From Anaerolineales bacterium UBA5195 (lineage in GTDB: Bacteria > Chloroflexota > Anaerolineae > Anaerolineales > Villigracilaceae), in the NCBI GenBank assembly GCA_002412925.1, contig DHVZ01000045.1, positions 1,541-65,540 on the forward strand: DNA of 64,000 bases. The letters are read 5' to 3'. Of the stretch, positions 20,691 through 29,993 are shown in pieces. The position numbers and the translations under genes were made by a program. How positions within the stretch are numbered: position 1 is the first letter of the stretch; the number at the start of each line of letters is the position of its first letter. The notes under the pieces were generated by a model. That model was not told the origin of the DNA. It was given only the letters and a program-made list of their open reading frames with translations, and searched no databases.

Positions 20691-22145
20691 ATGCCTATTC
20701 ACTTTGGTACCGACGGTTGGCGCGCCGTCATTTCAGATACGTTCACGTTCAGTAACCTGCGCATGGTTGCGCAGGCGATTGCCGATGCCGCCGCCTCCGA
20801 GCATTGGGACATCAGTTCCACGCCAGATATCGACCCGAGGAAATTTGTTGTCGGCTTCGATACGCGTTTTCTCTCGGACCGTTACGCCACGGATGTCGCT
20901 CGTGTCTTGACCGCAAACGGGTTCACGGTTCTGCTGGCCCATGCCGACGCACCCACCCCAGCCATTTCTTATGCTGTCAAATATCACAAAGCCGCGGGCG
21001 GGGTAATGATCACCGCCTCACATAACGCCCCCCGTTATAACGGCGTGAAACTCAAGGCGGCGTATGGCGGCTCCGCACTCCCTGAGCAATGCCGCCGCGT
21101 GGAAGTGTATATCAACGACAACGAAGAGCAGGCGCGCGGTCCGAACCTGATGGACTACAATCAGGCAAAAGATGCCGGGTTAATCCAAAAATTTAACCCG
21201 CTCCCGGCATATTTCGACCACTTGCGGACACTCATCAATACGGATGTAATTGCTGAAAATCCCCAGCACTTTGTGGTTGATTCGATGTATGGTTCAGGAC
21301 GAGGCGTTATTCGCTCGTTTTTGCAGGGGACTGGCTGTGAGATTGCCGAAGTGCGCGGTGAGATGAACCCCGGCTTTGGCGGAGTCCACCCGGAGCCGAT
21401 TGCCAAAAACCTGGGGGCCCTGACCGGCGCCTTGGGTGCCGGGCTGGGAAATTTCGGCCTGGCCACCGATGGCGACGCTGACCGCATCGGCGCGATGGAT
21501 GAGCGCGGGGTTTTTGTGGACCCGCACAAGATCATGGCACTTTCCCTGCGATACCTGGTGGAACAGCGCGGCTGGAGCGGCGCCGTGGTACGCACAGTCT
21601 CCACCACCCGGATGATCGACCGGCTGGCAAAGCGCTACGGGCTGAAAGTTTATGAGACTCCGGTGGGTTTCAACCACATTGCCGACTACATGATGAGTGA
21701 AGATGTGCTCATTGGCGGAGAAGAATCAGGCGGCATCTCTTTCAAAGGACATATCCCCGAGGGGGATGGTCCGGCCATGGGCCTGTTGCTGGTTGAAATC
21801 ATTGCCCAGGCGAAAAAGACTCTCGGCCAACTGGTCGATGAGTTACTGAATGATGTTGGCCCCGCTTTTTACGAACGCGCCGACCTGCGTCTCAGCCGTC
21901 CAGTCGCGAAACAAGAAATGACAGACCTGCTGGTAAAACAGGCCCCTGCCGAAATCGGCGGAGAGAAAGTGGCTGAGATTACCTCCACAGATGGCGTGAA
22001 ATACATCATGAGCGATGATTCCTGGCTGCTGATTCGCCCATCGGGCACAGAGCCGGTTTTGCGTGTCTACGCTGAAGGCCGGTCGCTGCAAATCGTCAAG
22101 GATTTGCTCGGTTATGGCCAGAAAGTGGCCGAAAGCGTCGTTTAG
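20691..22145 (+). CDS. Phosphoglucomutase/phosphomannomutase family protein
   Basis: MPIHFGTDGWR N-terminus, active-site TASHNAP, metal loop ATDGDADR, and GGEESGG sugar-binding loop. Confidence 0.9.
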   Translation: MPIHFGTDGWRAVISDTFTFSNLRMVAQAIADAAASEHWDISSTPDIDPRKFVVGFDTRFLSDRYATDVARVLTANGFTVLLAHADAPTPAISYAVKYHKAAGGVMITASHNAPRYNGVKLKAAYGGSALPEQCRRVEVYINDNEEQARGPNLMDYNQAKDAGLIQKFNPLPAYFDHLRTLINTDVIAENPQHFVVDSMYGSGRGVIRSFLQGTGCEIAEVRGEMNPGFGGVHPEPIAKNLGALTGALGAGLGNFGLATDGDADRIGAMDERGVFVDPHKIMALSLRYLVEQRGWSGAVVRTVSTTRMIDRLAKRYGLKVYETPVGFNHIADYMMSEDVLIGGEESGGISFKGHIPEGDGPAMGLLLVEIIAQAKKTLGQLVDELLNDVGPAFYERADLRLSRPVAKQEMTDLLVKQAPAEIGGEKVAEITSTDGVKYIMSDDSWLLIRPSGTEPVLRVYAEGRSLQIVKDLLGYGQKVAESVV

Positions 22146-22166
22146 CGCCAGCGACGAATGCAAACG

Positions 22167-22201
22167 AAAACGCCCGGACAGGGGAAACCTGTCCGGGCGT
22201 T
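22167..22201 (-). terminator. Terminator of the minus-strand operon (hairpin shared with the convergent PGM gene)
   Basis: 12-bp stem CGCCCGGACAGG/CCTGTCCGGGCG with a 5-nt loop. The minus-strand reading is followed by UUUUCGUUU. Confidence 0.75.
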
Positions 22202-22217
22202 ACTCTAGCTTAAGACC

Positions 22218-22892
22218 TTAGTGAGAGAGCGGTGCCTGGCGTAAGCGCCGCGCCAACAGGATCACAGCGACGAGGATAATCGAAAGGATGAACAGGCCGG
22301 GCAGCCCGACCTCATCGGCAAAACCGGTCTTGGCAAGCTGGCTGGTACCCGTGGCCTCAGGCGTGCCTGGCGTCCCGGCAGATTTGACAGCTGCGCCGGG
22401 TGTACCTGAAGTAACCGCTTGCTGGGCAGTGGTTGTTTCTTGCGCCGCGGCCAATTGGGTTTGCAAGGCTTGGACGGTAGCCGTGGCCGGGTCGCTGGAT
22501 GGAACCGGGGAAGCCGTGCTGGTGGCAAACACAACCACAGGCGTTTCGGTCGGTTCAGGGGTGGCCTCTTCGGTTGGTGGCAGGGTCGGCGTGAACAAGG
22601 CCGCTTCCTGGGTCTGCTGATCAACAAAAGCTGTCTGGGTAAAAGCCGCGATATTGGCTTCCTGGGTGGCGGCCCGCATCGCATTTTGGCCTGGTAGCCA
22701 GACCACAGCAAGGACGGCCATACAGATGAGCGAGAGCAAGACAATGGCCCCCAGGATAATCGCAGCAATCAGGAAGGTGCGATTGTTCCCTTCGCCTTCT
22801 TCTGGCTGTTCGGGGTCAGTTGATCCGGGTTCAGGAGCGCCCAGATTATCGGGTTGCGGTTCATCATCGTCGAAAATGAATGTGTTGGCCAT
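22218..22892 (-). CDS. Ala/Thr/Pro-rich envelope protein with N-terminal TM anchor and C-terminal LAKTG-TM-basic tail (sortase-signal-like)
   Basis: GAGGAG RBS. Acidic N-terminus, TM FLIAAIILGAIVLLSLICMAVLAVVW, and a low-complexity region. The C-terminus is LAKTG + GLPGLFILSIILVAVILLA + RRLRQ. Confidence 0.6.
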   Translation of the reverse strand: MANTFIFDDDEPQPDNLGAPEPGSTDPEQPEEGEGNNRTFLIAAIILGAIVLLSLICMAVLAVVWLPGQNAMRAATQEANIAAFTQTAFVDQQTQEAALFTPTLPPTEEATPEPTETPVVVFATSTASPVPSSDPATATVQALQTQLAAAQETTTAQQAVTSGTPGAAVKSAGTPGTPEATGTSQLAKTGFADEVGLPGLFILSIILVAVILLARRLRQAPLSH

Positions 22893-22925
22893 GATTCTTT
22901 TCTCCTCGCTGGTTATACTTATATT

Positions 22926-23981
22926 TTACCCCAGCACTTCCAAATTGGTGAGTGGAACAATGATTTCATCGCCAGTTTCCAGGCGTATTTCGGCGACCTT
23001 GGCCTTCAAACCATTTGCCAGGGTGGCCGGGTTTGCAGGCATTTGCATCAGGGTGCCAACCTGTGATGGGGCAATCAGATTAATGACCCGTACAACCTGA
23101 CCGGGCGCGAAAGTTTCCACTTCGCGCAGTTCGGGCGGTTCCTGGGAGACCGGCAGGGGAATGAAGACCTCGGGGCGGGTGCCATTTAAACGATCATAAA
23201 CCTCGGCGTTCAGGGCAACATCGCGCTTGATATTGGTTGAGAGCAGTTTATATGCAATGGAGTTCATCGGACGGCGGCCAAAACCATCTGTGAGAACAAT
23301 TGGAAATGCCGCTTGCAAGGCCAGGGGCAACAATGCCGGAGACATGCTGGACAAGATTAATCCGCGTACTGGAAGCTCCATGGCATTTTTGATGACTGCC
23401 GGGTCTTCGGCGCAGCCTCCCAGGATGATCGAACCGCGAATGCTGACATCCAGCCGGTTGGGAGCGAAGATTTCATCAGCGCGTTCCATCACACTGACCA
23501 TGACACCGGTTTCCAGCCGCCCATTCCCCCACAGGCCCTGAACGACAGACCCGGTCGAGCGAATGACCACACCGCGTTCTGGGATGATTTCTGTAACAAC
23601 GCCGGGAATTGCCGCCGCCAATTCGAAGGATGAGCCGCCAGTCTCGAGGATGAGTTTTCCACCGCCCATCGCCACCACGCGCCCGTCTTCAGGAGATTTG
23701 GCTTCACGGGCAAACAGGCCCGTTGATTCAGCAATGAGCTCCCCTTTGCCGACCTTTTGGCCTTTTTTGACTTTGATGAAACCCGCCGCACTGCGAGGTG
23801 AGACGCGCAACAATTTGGCCACGTCCACAATCAGGTGCTTGCGTCCAATCAGAGCTTCGGCCACGACATCTGTTGGGCCGACTTTTTGATCAAGTTTTGC
23901 GATGACGCGCCCGTCCACAGGCAAGAGGCGCTTGCGGATGATCGTGGTCAGGGGCAGGATATGCGTGATGGGGGCTAACAT
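22926..23981 (-). CDS. Unknown protein with a barrel-sandwich-hybrid (lipoyl/HlyD-like) segment; last-but-one gene of the operon
   Basis: ATG 23981 with a GGAGG RBS, 1 nt after the upstream TGA. IKVKKGQKVGKGELIAES is a hybrid-barrel-like hairpin. No catalytic motif was recognised. Confidence 0.55.
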   Translation of the reverse strand: MLAPITHILPLTTIIRKRLLPVDGRVIAKLDQKVGPTDVVAEALIGRKHLIVDVAKLLRVSPRSAAGFIKVKKGQKVGKGELIAESTGLFAREAKSPEDGRVVAMGGGKLILETGGSSFELAAAIPGVVTEIIPERGVVIRSTGSVVQGLWGNGRLETGVMVSVMERADEIFAPNRLDVSIRGSIILGGCAEDPAVIKNAMELPVRGLILSSMSPALLPLALQAAFPIVLTDGFGRRPMNSIAYKLLSTNIKRDVALNAEVYDRLNGTRPEVFIPLPVSQEPPELREVETFAPGQVVRVINLIAPSQVGTLMQMPANPATLANGLKAKVAEIRLETGDEIIVPLTNLEVLG

Positions 23982-23982
23982 C

Positions 23983-25734
23983 TCAACCTCCCAGGGTTTC
24001 AAGCCACTTTTGGGCCAGTTCGCGGCGTAGGGCGGGTTCGGCGGGCAGGCGCAAAGGACGCCCGCGTGCATCGATGACGATACCCAAAGATGATCCAATC
24101 ACTTCCACTTCCCCGGCGCGGCCAGGGCCGAGTCCCACGTCAGCGCGCAACAGGGGGCGGAGTTGCAGGCGGGCATTCTGGCCGTTCTCCAAGGGCAGAA
24201 CTTGCAGGTTGCCCATTTTCACTTCAGAAGTCATTTCGGTGCCATCATCGCGCATCAGCTTGGCGCGCACGATTGGAGTACCGTAACTGGCATTGCTGAC
24301 CGGGGAGATAACTGTTGCAAGATAAGCCAGCGCGCCAGAATCGATGACCTGGATAGGCAAAATATTGTTTGCTTCAGCGCTCGCGCCGAGCATCGCCAGC
24401 ATGTTGTTCTGGTCAAGAGCCAGTGTGGCAATCCCGGCTGGCTGCAAACCGTCGAGCAGCATGAGCAGTTTCTGGCCCGGGGTGGGCGCACCGGTGACAG
24501 CTGCGCCGCCTGCCAGGATGGGTTCAAACGCGGGCAGGAGCCCTGTACGCGGCCGAAAACGTCCTGGCAGGCGCTGGAGCATCCAGCGCGCAGCGAGCTG
24601 CAGGTTTTGGCGCACAATGGCCTGTTCGATGGCTAATTCTTCAACCGTTGCCGGGATAAAGGCGGGGTAAAGTGATTTTTGATAGAGATAATTCCGAACG
24701 ACATCGGCGGGCAGGTCAAGTGGCAGCCAGCGGGCTATTTCATCCACTGACGTGTACTTGAGCAAACCAGCCAGCGCCTCGCCCAACCCCAGTTGCGGGA
24801 AGACATTCAGGTGCAAATCGCCGCTGAAGGATGCGCCCATCGAGATTGCCGAAGCGCCTACATCAATGCTCAGAACGCCCTTCCCGGAGCGAAAATAGCT
24901 TGAGAGGAAGCGCACCATCCGTCCCTGCGCGTAAGACGAAGGCATGACCATGCCACCAGATAGCGTACGAATTTCCTCAAGCTCTGGCATTTGCTTCTGG
25001 CGGATATTGACCACCATACTGGCTAACTCACGTTGGGCCGGGGCGAGATCTTCAACTTCCAGCGATGGTCGGATATTGGGGCTGACCTGCACGATGGAAG
25101 CGATGCTGCTCAACGTGGCTTGCGCGTCTTGTGCCAATGCCTGGTTCCCGGCATATAAGACCGCCGGACGTTTGGCTTCAGGAAGCAGATATGCACCCAG
25201 CCCGATAATCTCCAACATCTTGGAAACGGAATGGGAAGCTCCTCCGTCTACCCCGCCTGCAACCAGGATCAGTTCTGGGCTGTAGCGCGAAATGACATCG
25301 ACCTGCTCGTCAGAATCACGCCGATCATTCAGACTGAGGCTGCCTACTACGCGCGCATACGTGGTTTGGGCCAGGCTCTCAGCGGATTTCAGCGATATAT
25401 CCGGCAATAATCCAACGATCAGGGTCTTGATGACCGGGCCAACGGACAAGGTGGTGACCATGCTGTCTACACCGGCTCCATCCGGCTGGGATGGGATCAG
25501 TAGCCGCCCTTCATCATCCATCAGCGGTTTGCCAATCAGGGTTTGCAGGTTTTCGAGAGCCAACTGCACACCAATCATCACGTTGCGCACAGCCGCGCCA
25601 GAGGTGGTGGGTGATTGGCCCATGCCGATGAATCTGTAACCGTTTTCGACCACATCAAAATACGCAGCGCGCGTGTTGACTGCGCCGATGTCGACTGCCA
25701 GCAGGGAATTACCTTCTACAAGGGAAGTGGGCAT
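23983..25734 (-). CDS. ASKHA-fold ATPase resembling GlmL/MutL (glutamate mutase accessory) / EutA-type proteins
   Basis: Phosphate-1-like LLAVDIGAVNTRAAYFD, PELILVAGGVDGGAS (compare the ILLAGGTDGG motif of GlmL), and a second nucleotide-fold motif VLSIDVGASAISMG. 583 aa. Confidence 0.6.
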   Translation of the reverse strand: MPTSLVEGNSLLAVDIGAVNTRAAYFDVVENGYRFIGMGQSPTTSGAAVRNVMIGVQLALENLQTLIGKPLMDDEGRLLIPSQPDGAGVDSMVTTLSVGPVIKTLIVGLLPDISLKSAESLAQTTYARVVGSLSLNDRRDSDEQVDVISRYSPELILVAGGVDGGASHSVSKMLEIIGLGAYLLPEAKRPAVLYAGNQALAQDAQATLSSIASIVQVSPNIRPSLEVEDLAPAQRELASMVVNIRQKQMPELEEIRTLSGGMVMPSSYAQGRMVRFLSSYFRSGKGVLSIDVGASAISMGASFSGDLHLNVFPQLGLGEALAGLLKYTSVDEIARWLPLDLPADVVRNYLYQKSLYPAFIPATVEELAIEQAIVRQNLQLAARWMLQRLPGRFRPRTGLLPAFEPILAGGAAVTGAPTPGQKLLMLLDGLQPAGIATLALDQNNMLAMLGASAEANNILPIQVIDSGALAYLATVISPVSNASYGTPIVRAKLMRDDGTEMTSEVKMGNLQVLPLENGQNARLQLRPLLRADVGLGPGRAGEVEVIGSSLGIVIDARGRPLRLPAEPALRRELAQKWLETLGG

Positions 25735-25740
25735 AAGGAT

Positions 25741-26430
25741 TTAGAAGATCAAGTTGGCAATAAAATCGATGACCGATTGAACCCGGTCGACCAAAGCTGT
25801 CAGCGAGGCTGCCAGCACCCCGGCGAAAATTGCGCCGAGTGTGATTACGATAAAAACTTGCCCGAGCAGGGCAAAGAAACCTACAAACCAGCCGCGTTTT
25901 CCACTGGAGGTGTTTTTCCCACGGATCGTAAACTGGAAATATGCCAGTGTCGTGACAGTGCCGATCAGGGCAAACAATCCGGCTGCCAGGTTTGTCGCCA
26001 AGCCGCCAACCGTCTCGCTGGATTGCGTGTCAAACATCCCGGCTGCGGCGAAGACTTGCGGGAAGATTGTTCCCAAAACAGCCCCGCCGATGGCAGCGGC
26101 TGTTCCCACCCCCACCAGAAAGGCAACGACCGGACGCCCAACCCACTCGGTGCCAGCAAACATCTTTCCCAGCAGAAGCAGGCTCAAGACGAGGGGAAAA
26201 GCCAGGAAGATACGTTCGCCCAGCCCCCCACTGACCAGCGGCAGGAGCATTTTTTCGACAATCACAAGCCGGAAAACTGCCACCGCAATATAACCGGTCG
26301 AAACCCCCACAAATGCGTGGACCGCCGCCCGAAACGCCGGGTTATCGCCGACCACGTAGCTCAGGATCAGCAGGGTGAACAGGAAGCTGAGCAAACCAGT
26401 GATGAAATCTATCGAAATAGCGCCCAGCAT
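25741..26430 (-). CDS. Polytopic membrane protein (unknown)
   Basis: 229 aa with about 6 TM segments. Its ATG abuts the upstream TAA (26433-26431). Confidence 0.6.
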   Translation of the reverse strand: MLGAISIDFITGLLSFLFTLLILSYVVGDNPAFRAAVHAFVGVSTGYIAVAVFRLVIVEKMLLPLVSGGLGERIFLAFPLVLSLLLLGKMFAGTEWVGRPVVAFLVGVGTAAAIGGAVLGTIFPQVFAAAGMFDTQSSETVGGLATNLAAGLFALIGTVTTLAYFQFTIRGKNTSSGKRGWFVGFFALLGQVFIVITLGAIFAGVLAASLTALVDRVQSVIDFIANLIF

Positions 26431-29370
26431 TTATGCCTCATCCTGTTCCATTTTTTTAGCGCGGCGGGTGCGGGCGCCTTCTATCAGGCCCCAGACCCCG
26501 CCAACCATGATCAGCAGTTCGGCGGCGAAGACAGCCACCCCGAAGGCATCCCAGGAGGAACGCGCCTGCCCGGAGCCTGTCATCTGGTTTTCATAAAGTA
26601 TGCCATCCTCCAGCCCGGCCAACAAACCCTTCAACTGGCCCGAAACCAGATATGGGCGGATCATTGGTTCAGCCTGGGCGCTGACGACCATCAGCATTGG
26701 TTGTGGCCGCAGGGATGGTTCGGCCTGTTCGATCCACAGGCGTCCTGTGTCAGGATTGTCCGTCAGCACGAGCAGCGTGGAGAAATAAGAGAGCTTTGTG
26801 ACATTCTCAATTGTCACGGCTTTGAGCGCATCCTTATCCCATAGATTTCCCAGGAATAAATCTTGCCCAACAGTTTTTCCAGGTAGTTCAGCAAAGACTT
26901 GGATACCGCCTGCACCGCCTGGCAAATAACCCAGGTTGACATATTGCGCGCCCAATTCGTAGGGATACTGCGCTGTAAATTTTTGCAGGAAACGTTCTGC
27001 CAGATATGAGCCGATGGGTGAGGTGGAAATGAATGCCAGACGCACATTTTTGCTCATCAACTGTTTGATCACTGGTCCTGCGGCGAGTTCCAACTCTCCG
27101 GCAAATCCGGGTTGGTAATCAACCACCACAAGCACTGTCGCGTCATCAGGTAAACCGGCAATCGTATCCTTGAAAGCGCCAATTCCGCTCTGACCGGCGG
27201 GCATGTCAGGAGCCGGAAAAACGGGGCTGCCGACGATATCTTGCAGCAATGCCCCCAGCAAAACGGCTGCCAACAGCACTCCCGCAATTGCCCAACGCAG
27301 CGGACGAATGATAAGCGCTTCAGGATGCCGTGAGACCGCCTGGGGCGTGCTTTCAGAATTCAAGATGTTCTCCAGCAGGGCAGCCTGCGCCCGCTGGGTT
27401 TCATCAACCTGCAATTTGATCGAATAGACTTTGGGTTTGTGTACGTCAGGGATGCCCGGTTGGACGGGTAAGACATTGCGCAAACCGGCCAGGGGGCCGT
27501 GGCTTTCAACTTGCTGTTCTTCCGCTTCGTCAATTCTTTCGCCCATCACATCTTCCACCGGACGCATGGCCTGCACCCAGGAGGGCAGGTCTGCGGGGCG
27601 GAGATTGTCTTCGGTCAGTTTTTCAGCGGCGACCGCATCGCTCAATTCTGCTTCGGTTGGTGTAAACCCCGAAAGCCAATCTGGCATATCCAGGGAAAGA
27701 ATGGAATCCAGGTTCTGTTCTTCGCCGTATGCCGGGAGCGGGGCTGGCGTTCCCGCCTCGTCTGGTGCGGGTTCAATCGCAGCGGGCTCTGGTGGCAGAA
27801 CCACCTGTTCCCCGTCTTCAGCCGTTATTCCTGCTTTCTGGTCGGCTGCCGCGACTGCATCTATTGTTTCGAACGAAACAGGTAATTCTGCTTCACCCGG
27901 CGCCTCGCCAAGCGCCGATTCTTGCGAAATTTCGACAGGTTTCGGGATTTCGATTGACTCGCCAAGCTTGGACATCCAATCAGGCAGTTCCCCGCCATCA
28001 TCCAATGGGCCAAGTTCTCCCAGCGCGCCTGTTTGGAACGGTTTGCGCGGGCTGGGTGGTTCTTCGGGTTGATCTGCAGGTTTTTCTCCCATCGCCGCAG
28101 CCAGCCAGGATGGCAGTTCGCCAGTTACCGGGGCGGGTTCGACAAGATCTGCTGGTTGGCTCTCAGGTTCGGGTTGTTCTCCCTGAATACCAGAGATCCA
28201 ATCGGGGACATCAGCTGCCGGAACGGCTTCTTCAACATCCGATTCATGGGCGGCGGGCGGGGCTTGCAAATCCATCATCCAGGATGGGGCATCGCTTTCA
28301 ACAGGTTGGGATTCGCCTGGAACAGTTCCCATTTCGAGAGTTGGTTCAGCAGCCACCGGTTCTGCGGGCTGAGAAGCGCTCATCAGGCTTGCCAGCCAAT
28401 CAGGGGCTTCAGCAGCCGGGGCATTGTCTGCCGGGGTTTGTTCAGGCGCAGTTTCGGCAATCTCTCCGAGGCTTGCCAGCCAATCGGGGGCATCTGCAGC
28501 CAGGGCATTGTCTGCCGGGGTTTGTTCGGGTGCAGTTTCGGTGATCTCCCCGAGGCTGGAAAGCCAATCAGGGGCATCTGCAGCCAAGGCATTGTCTGTC
28601 GGGGTTTGTTCGGGTGCAGTTTCGGTGATCTCCCCGAGGCTGGAGAGCCAATCGGGGGATGTGCCATCGCTTGGAGGTTGTTCTCCATCTATCTGGCTGG
28701 TGGAGGTTGAGTCTTTTTGAGTTGGATGGGCGGCCTCATCCTGGGCTTTAAGCGCGGCCAGCCAATCAGGCATAGCTTCGGAAGATTGTGAAGCTGCGTT
28801 GGCGTTTTCATCAAAGTTGTATGTGGCTGGCTGATCGTCAAAACCCCAATTTAGCTCGCTTGCCACAGGCGGTTGATTGGATTGGGCTTCCGATTCCAGG
28901 CTGGAAAGCCAATCTGCTGGTTGTTCGGCTGGCGGTTCAGGAGCCGGGATAGGTTCCACCGGCGCGGGCATACTATTTTGGAGGCTTTTCAACCAGTCGG
29001 GGGTGTCTTCTTCGTCGTCACTGGCCTGCGACAACCCGGCCAGGAAATCGAGCGGGGAGGCGGGTGCTTTTTGTTTTGGCGGAACAGGTTTTTCTGGCGG
29101 TAATGCAACCGGCTCGACAGGTTCAGACACCTCGCCTGGTTCCGCTGCGAGCTGGTTGTCCCCTTCACTGGAGGCCTTGCGCACATCCCTCAGCCAGCCG
29201 GGCAGGGTACGTTCCAGGTCGGAGGTATTCTTTTTTACCGGCATATCACCGGGGTGCAGGGGGGGCAGGGGTTCGGTGGCGCTTCGCTTCAGGGCAGTTC
29301 CACAATACTGGCAAATTTCGACAGTATCGGGGTTGGGCTTCCCACAGGAAGGGCAATTCGATGTGTTCAT
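26431..29370 (-). CDS. Zinc-ribbon protein with a long acidic PDWL-motif repeat region, TM, globular domain and C-terminal TM
   Basis: N-terminal CPSCG..CQYCG. About 15 copies of [LMAV]P[DS]W[LMIV]xx[LI] across roughly 640 acidic residues. TM WAIAGVLLAAVLLGALL, a domain of about 270 aa, TM FGVAVFAAELLIMVGGVWGLI, and a basic tail. The ATG at 29370 forms a TGATG junction with the upstream gene. Confidence 0.7.
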   Translation of the reverse strand: MNTSNCPSCGKPNPDTVEICQYCGTALKRSATEPLPPLHPGDMPVKKNTSDLERTLPGWLRDVRKASSEGDNQLAAEPGEVSEPVEPVALPPEKPVPPKQKAPASPLDFLAGLSQASDDEEDTPDWLKSLQNSMPAPVEPIPAPEPPAEQPADWLSSLESEAQSNQPPVASELNWGFDDQPATYNFDENANAASQSSEAMPDWLAALKAQDEAAHPTQKDSTSTSQIDGEQPPSDGTSPDWLSSLGEITETAPEQTPTDNALAADAPDWLSSLGEITETAPEQTPADNALAADAPDWLASLGEIAETAPEQTPADNAPAAEAPDWLASLMSASQPAEPVAAEPTLEMGTVPGESQPVESDAPSWMMDLQAPPAAHESDVEEAVPAADVPDWISGIQGEQPEPESQPADLVEPAPVTGELPSWLAAAMGEKPADQPEEPPSPRKPFQTGALGELGPLDDGGELPDWMSKLGESIEIPKPVEISQESALGEAPGEAELPVSFETIDAVAAADQKAGITAEDGEQVVLPPEPAAIEPAPDEAGTPAPLPAYGEEQNLDSILSLDMPDWLSGFTPTEAELSDAVAAEKLTEDNLRPADLPSWVQAMRPVEDVMGERIDEAEEQQVESHGPLAGLRNVLPVQPGIPDVHKPKVYSIKLQVDETQRAQAALLENILNSESTPQAVSRHPEALIIRPLRWAIAGVLLAAVLLGALLQDIVGSPVFPAPDMPAGQSGIGAFKDTIAGLPDDATVLVVVDYQPGFAGELELAAGPVIKQLMSKNVRLAFISTSPIGSYLAERFLQKFTAQYPYELGAQYVNLGYLPGGAGGIQVFAELPGKTVGQDLFLGNLWDKDALKAVTIENVTKLSYFSTLLVLTDNPDTGRLWIEQAEPSLRPQPMLMVVSAQAEPMIRPYLVSGQLKGLLAGLEDGILYENQMTGSGQARSSWDAFGVAVFAAELLIMVGGVWGLIEGARTRRAKKMEQDEA
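28385..28665. repeat. 84-nt tandem repeat (about 3.3 copies) inside the PDWL protein gene
   Basis: The anchor GCCAATC recurs at 28395, 28479, 28563 and 28647, exactly 84 nt apart. It encodes the near-identical 28-aa units PDWLSSLGEITETAPEQTP(T/A)DNALAADA. Confidence 0.85.
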
Positions 29371-29993
29371 CAATTCCCCCCGTAAGGCCGGTCAGCGCCA
29401 AACAGGATGCGCAAACCGGTGGTGAGCGTGCCCAGCGCCACTCCGATTAAGATGCCGCGCGCGCCGCCCGTAGCCAGGACATCTGAAACCAGGGGGCGCA
29501 CTTTGTCACTCATGAAGGGTAATTGGCCAATATAGGGCAGCGGCCCCAGGCCGAGCAGAATGAGCAGTGCCGCTGCCAGGAACAAAATCGAGGCCCAGTC
29601 AGCGCGGACGCGTAATAACCGCACGCTGGCATAGAGCAATGTGACCGCCAGCACAGCCATCAGGCTGATTTCGGCAGGAATCATGATGCCATCCAGCATC
29701 ATTTTTTGTAAAGGCTCCAGGCCGGGCACCAAGCTGAAGGTCATCGTAATGAGCATAAAAAATAGCAGGATCAGGCTGTTGATCGAGCCGGGGCGCCGCT
29801 CGCGGATTTTTTGCAGGTGGACCGAAAACAAATTCCAGATCCCAATAAACACCGCAACCCCGGCCAAGATGACCGCCCACTGGAGCAGGATGAATCGGAA
29901 CGGATTAACAGCCGGAACAAAGTATCCGAGCAGGACAATCATCCCGACGCTGATGGCGATAACAGCATTGGCTGCAGAAAATATGCGTTTCAC
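29370..29993 (-). CDS. Polytopic membrane protein (unknown)
   Basis: GTG 29993 forms a GTGA overlap with the upstream stop. About 6 TM segments. The longer ORF to 30050 would overlap the upstream gene by 60 nt. Confidence 0.55.
   Translation of the reverse strand: MKRIFSAANAVIAISVGMIVLLGYFVPAVNPFRFILLQWAVILAGVAVFIGIWNLFSVHLQKIRERRPGSINSLILLFFMLITMTFSLVPGLEPLQKMMLDGIMIPAEISLMAVLAVTLLYASVRLLRVRADWASILFLAAALLILLGLGPLPYIGQLPFMSDKVRPLVSDVLATGGARGILIGVALGTLTTGLRILFGADRPYGGN

Noticed and set aside
25615-26844. 409-aa plus-strand ORF spanning the junctions of three minus-strand operon genes
   Set aside because: It crosses gene boundaries of the coupled minus-strand operon, is rich in Gln/Arg/Cys/His, and has no RBS or motif. 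The minus-strand frames give coherent TM proteins.
28385-28665. Regular 84-nt periodic repeat considered as a possible CRISPR-like array
   Set aside because: The whole unit, not just a short repeat separated by unique spacers, is duplicated. It lies in frame inside a long ORF and encodes 28-aa protein repeats, and no cas genes are present.
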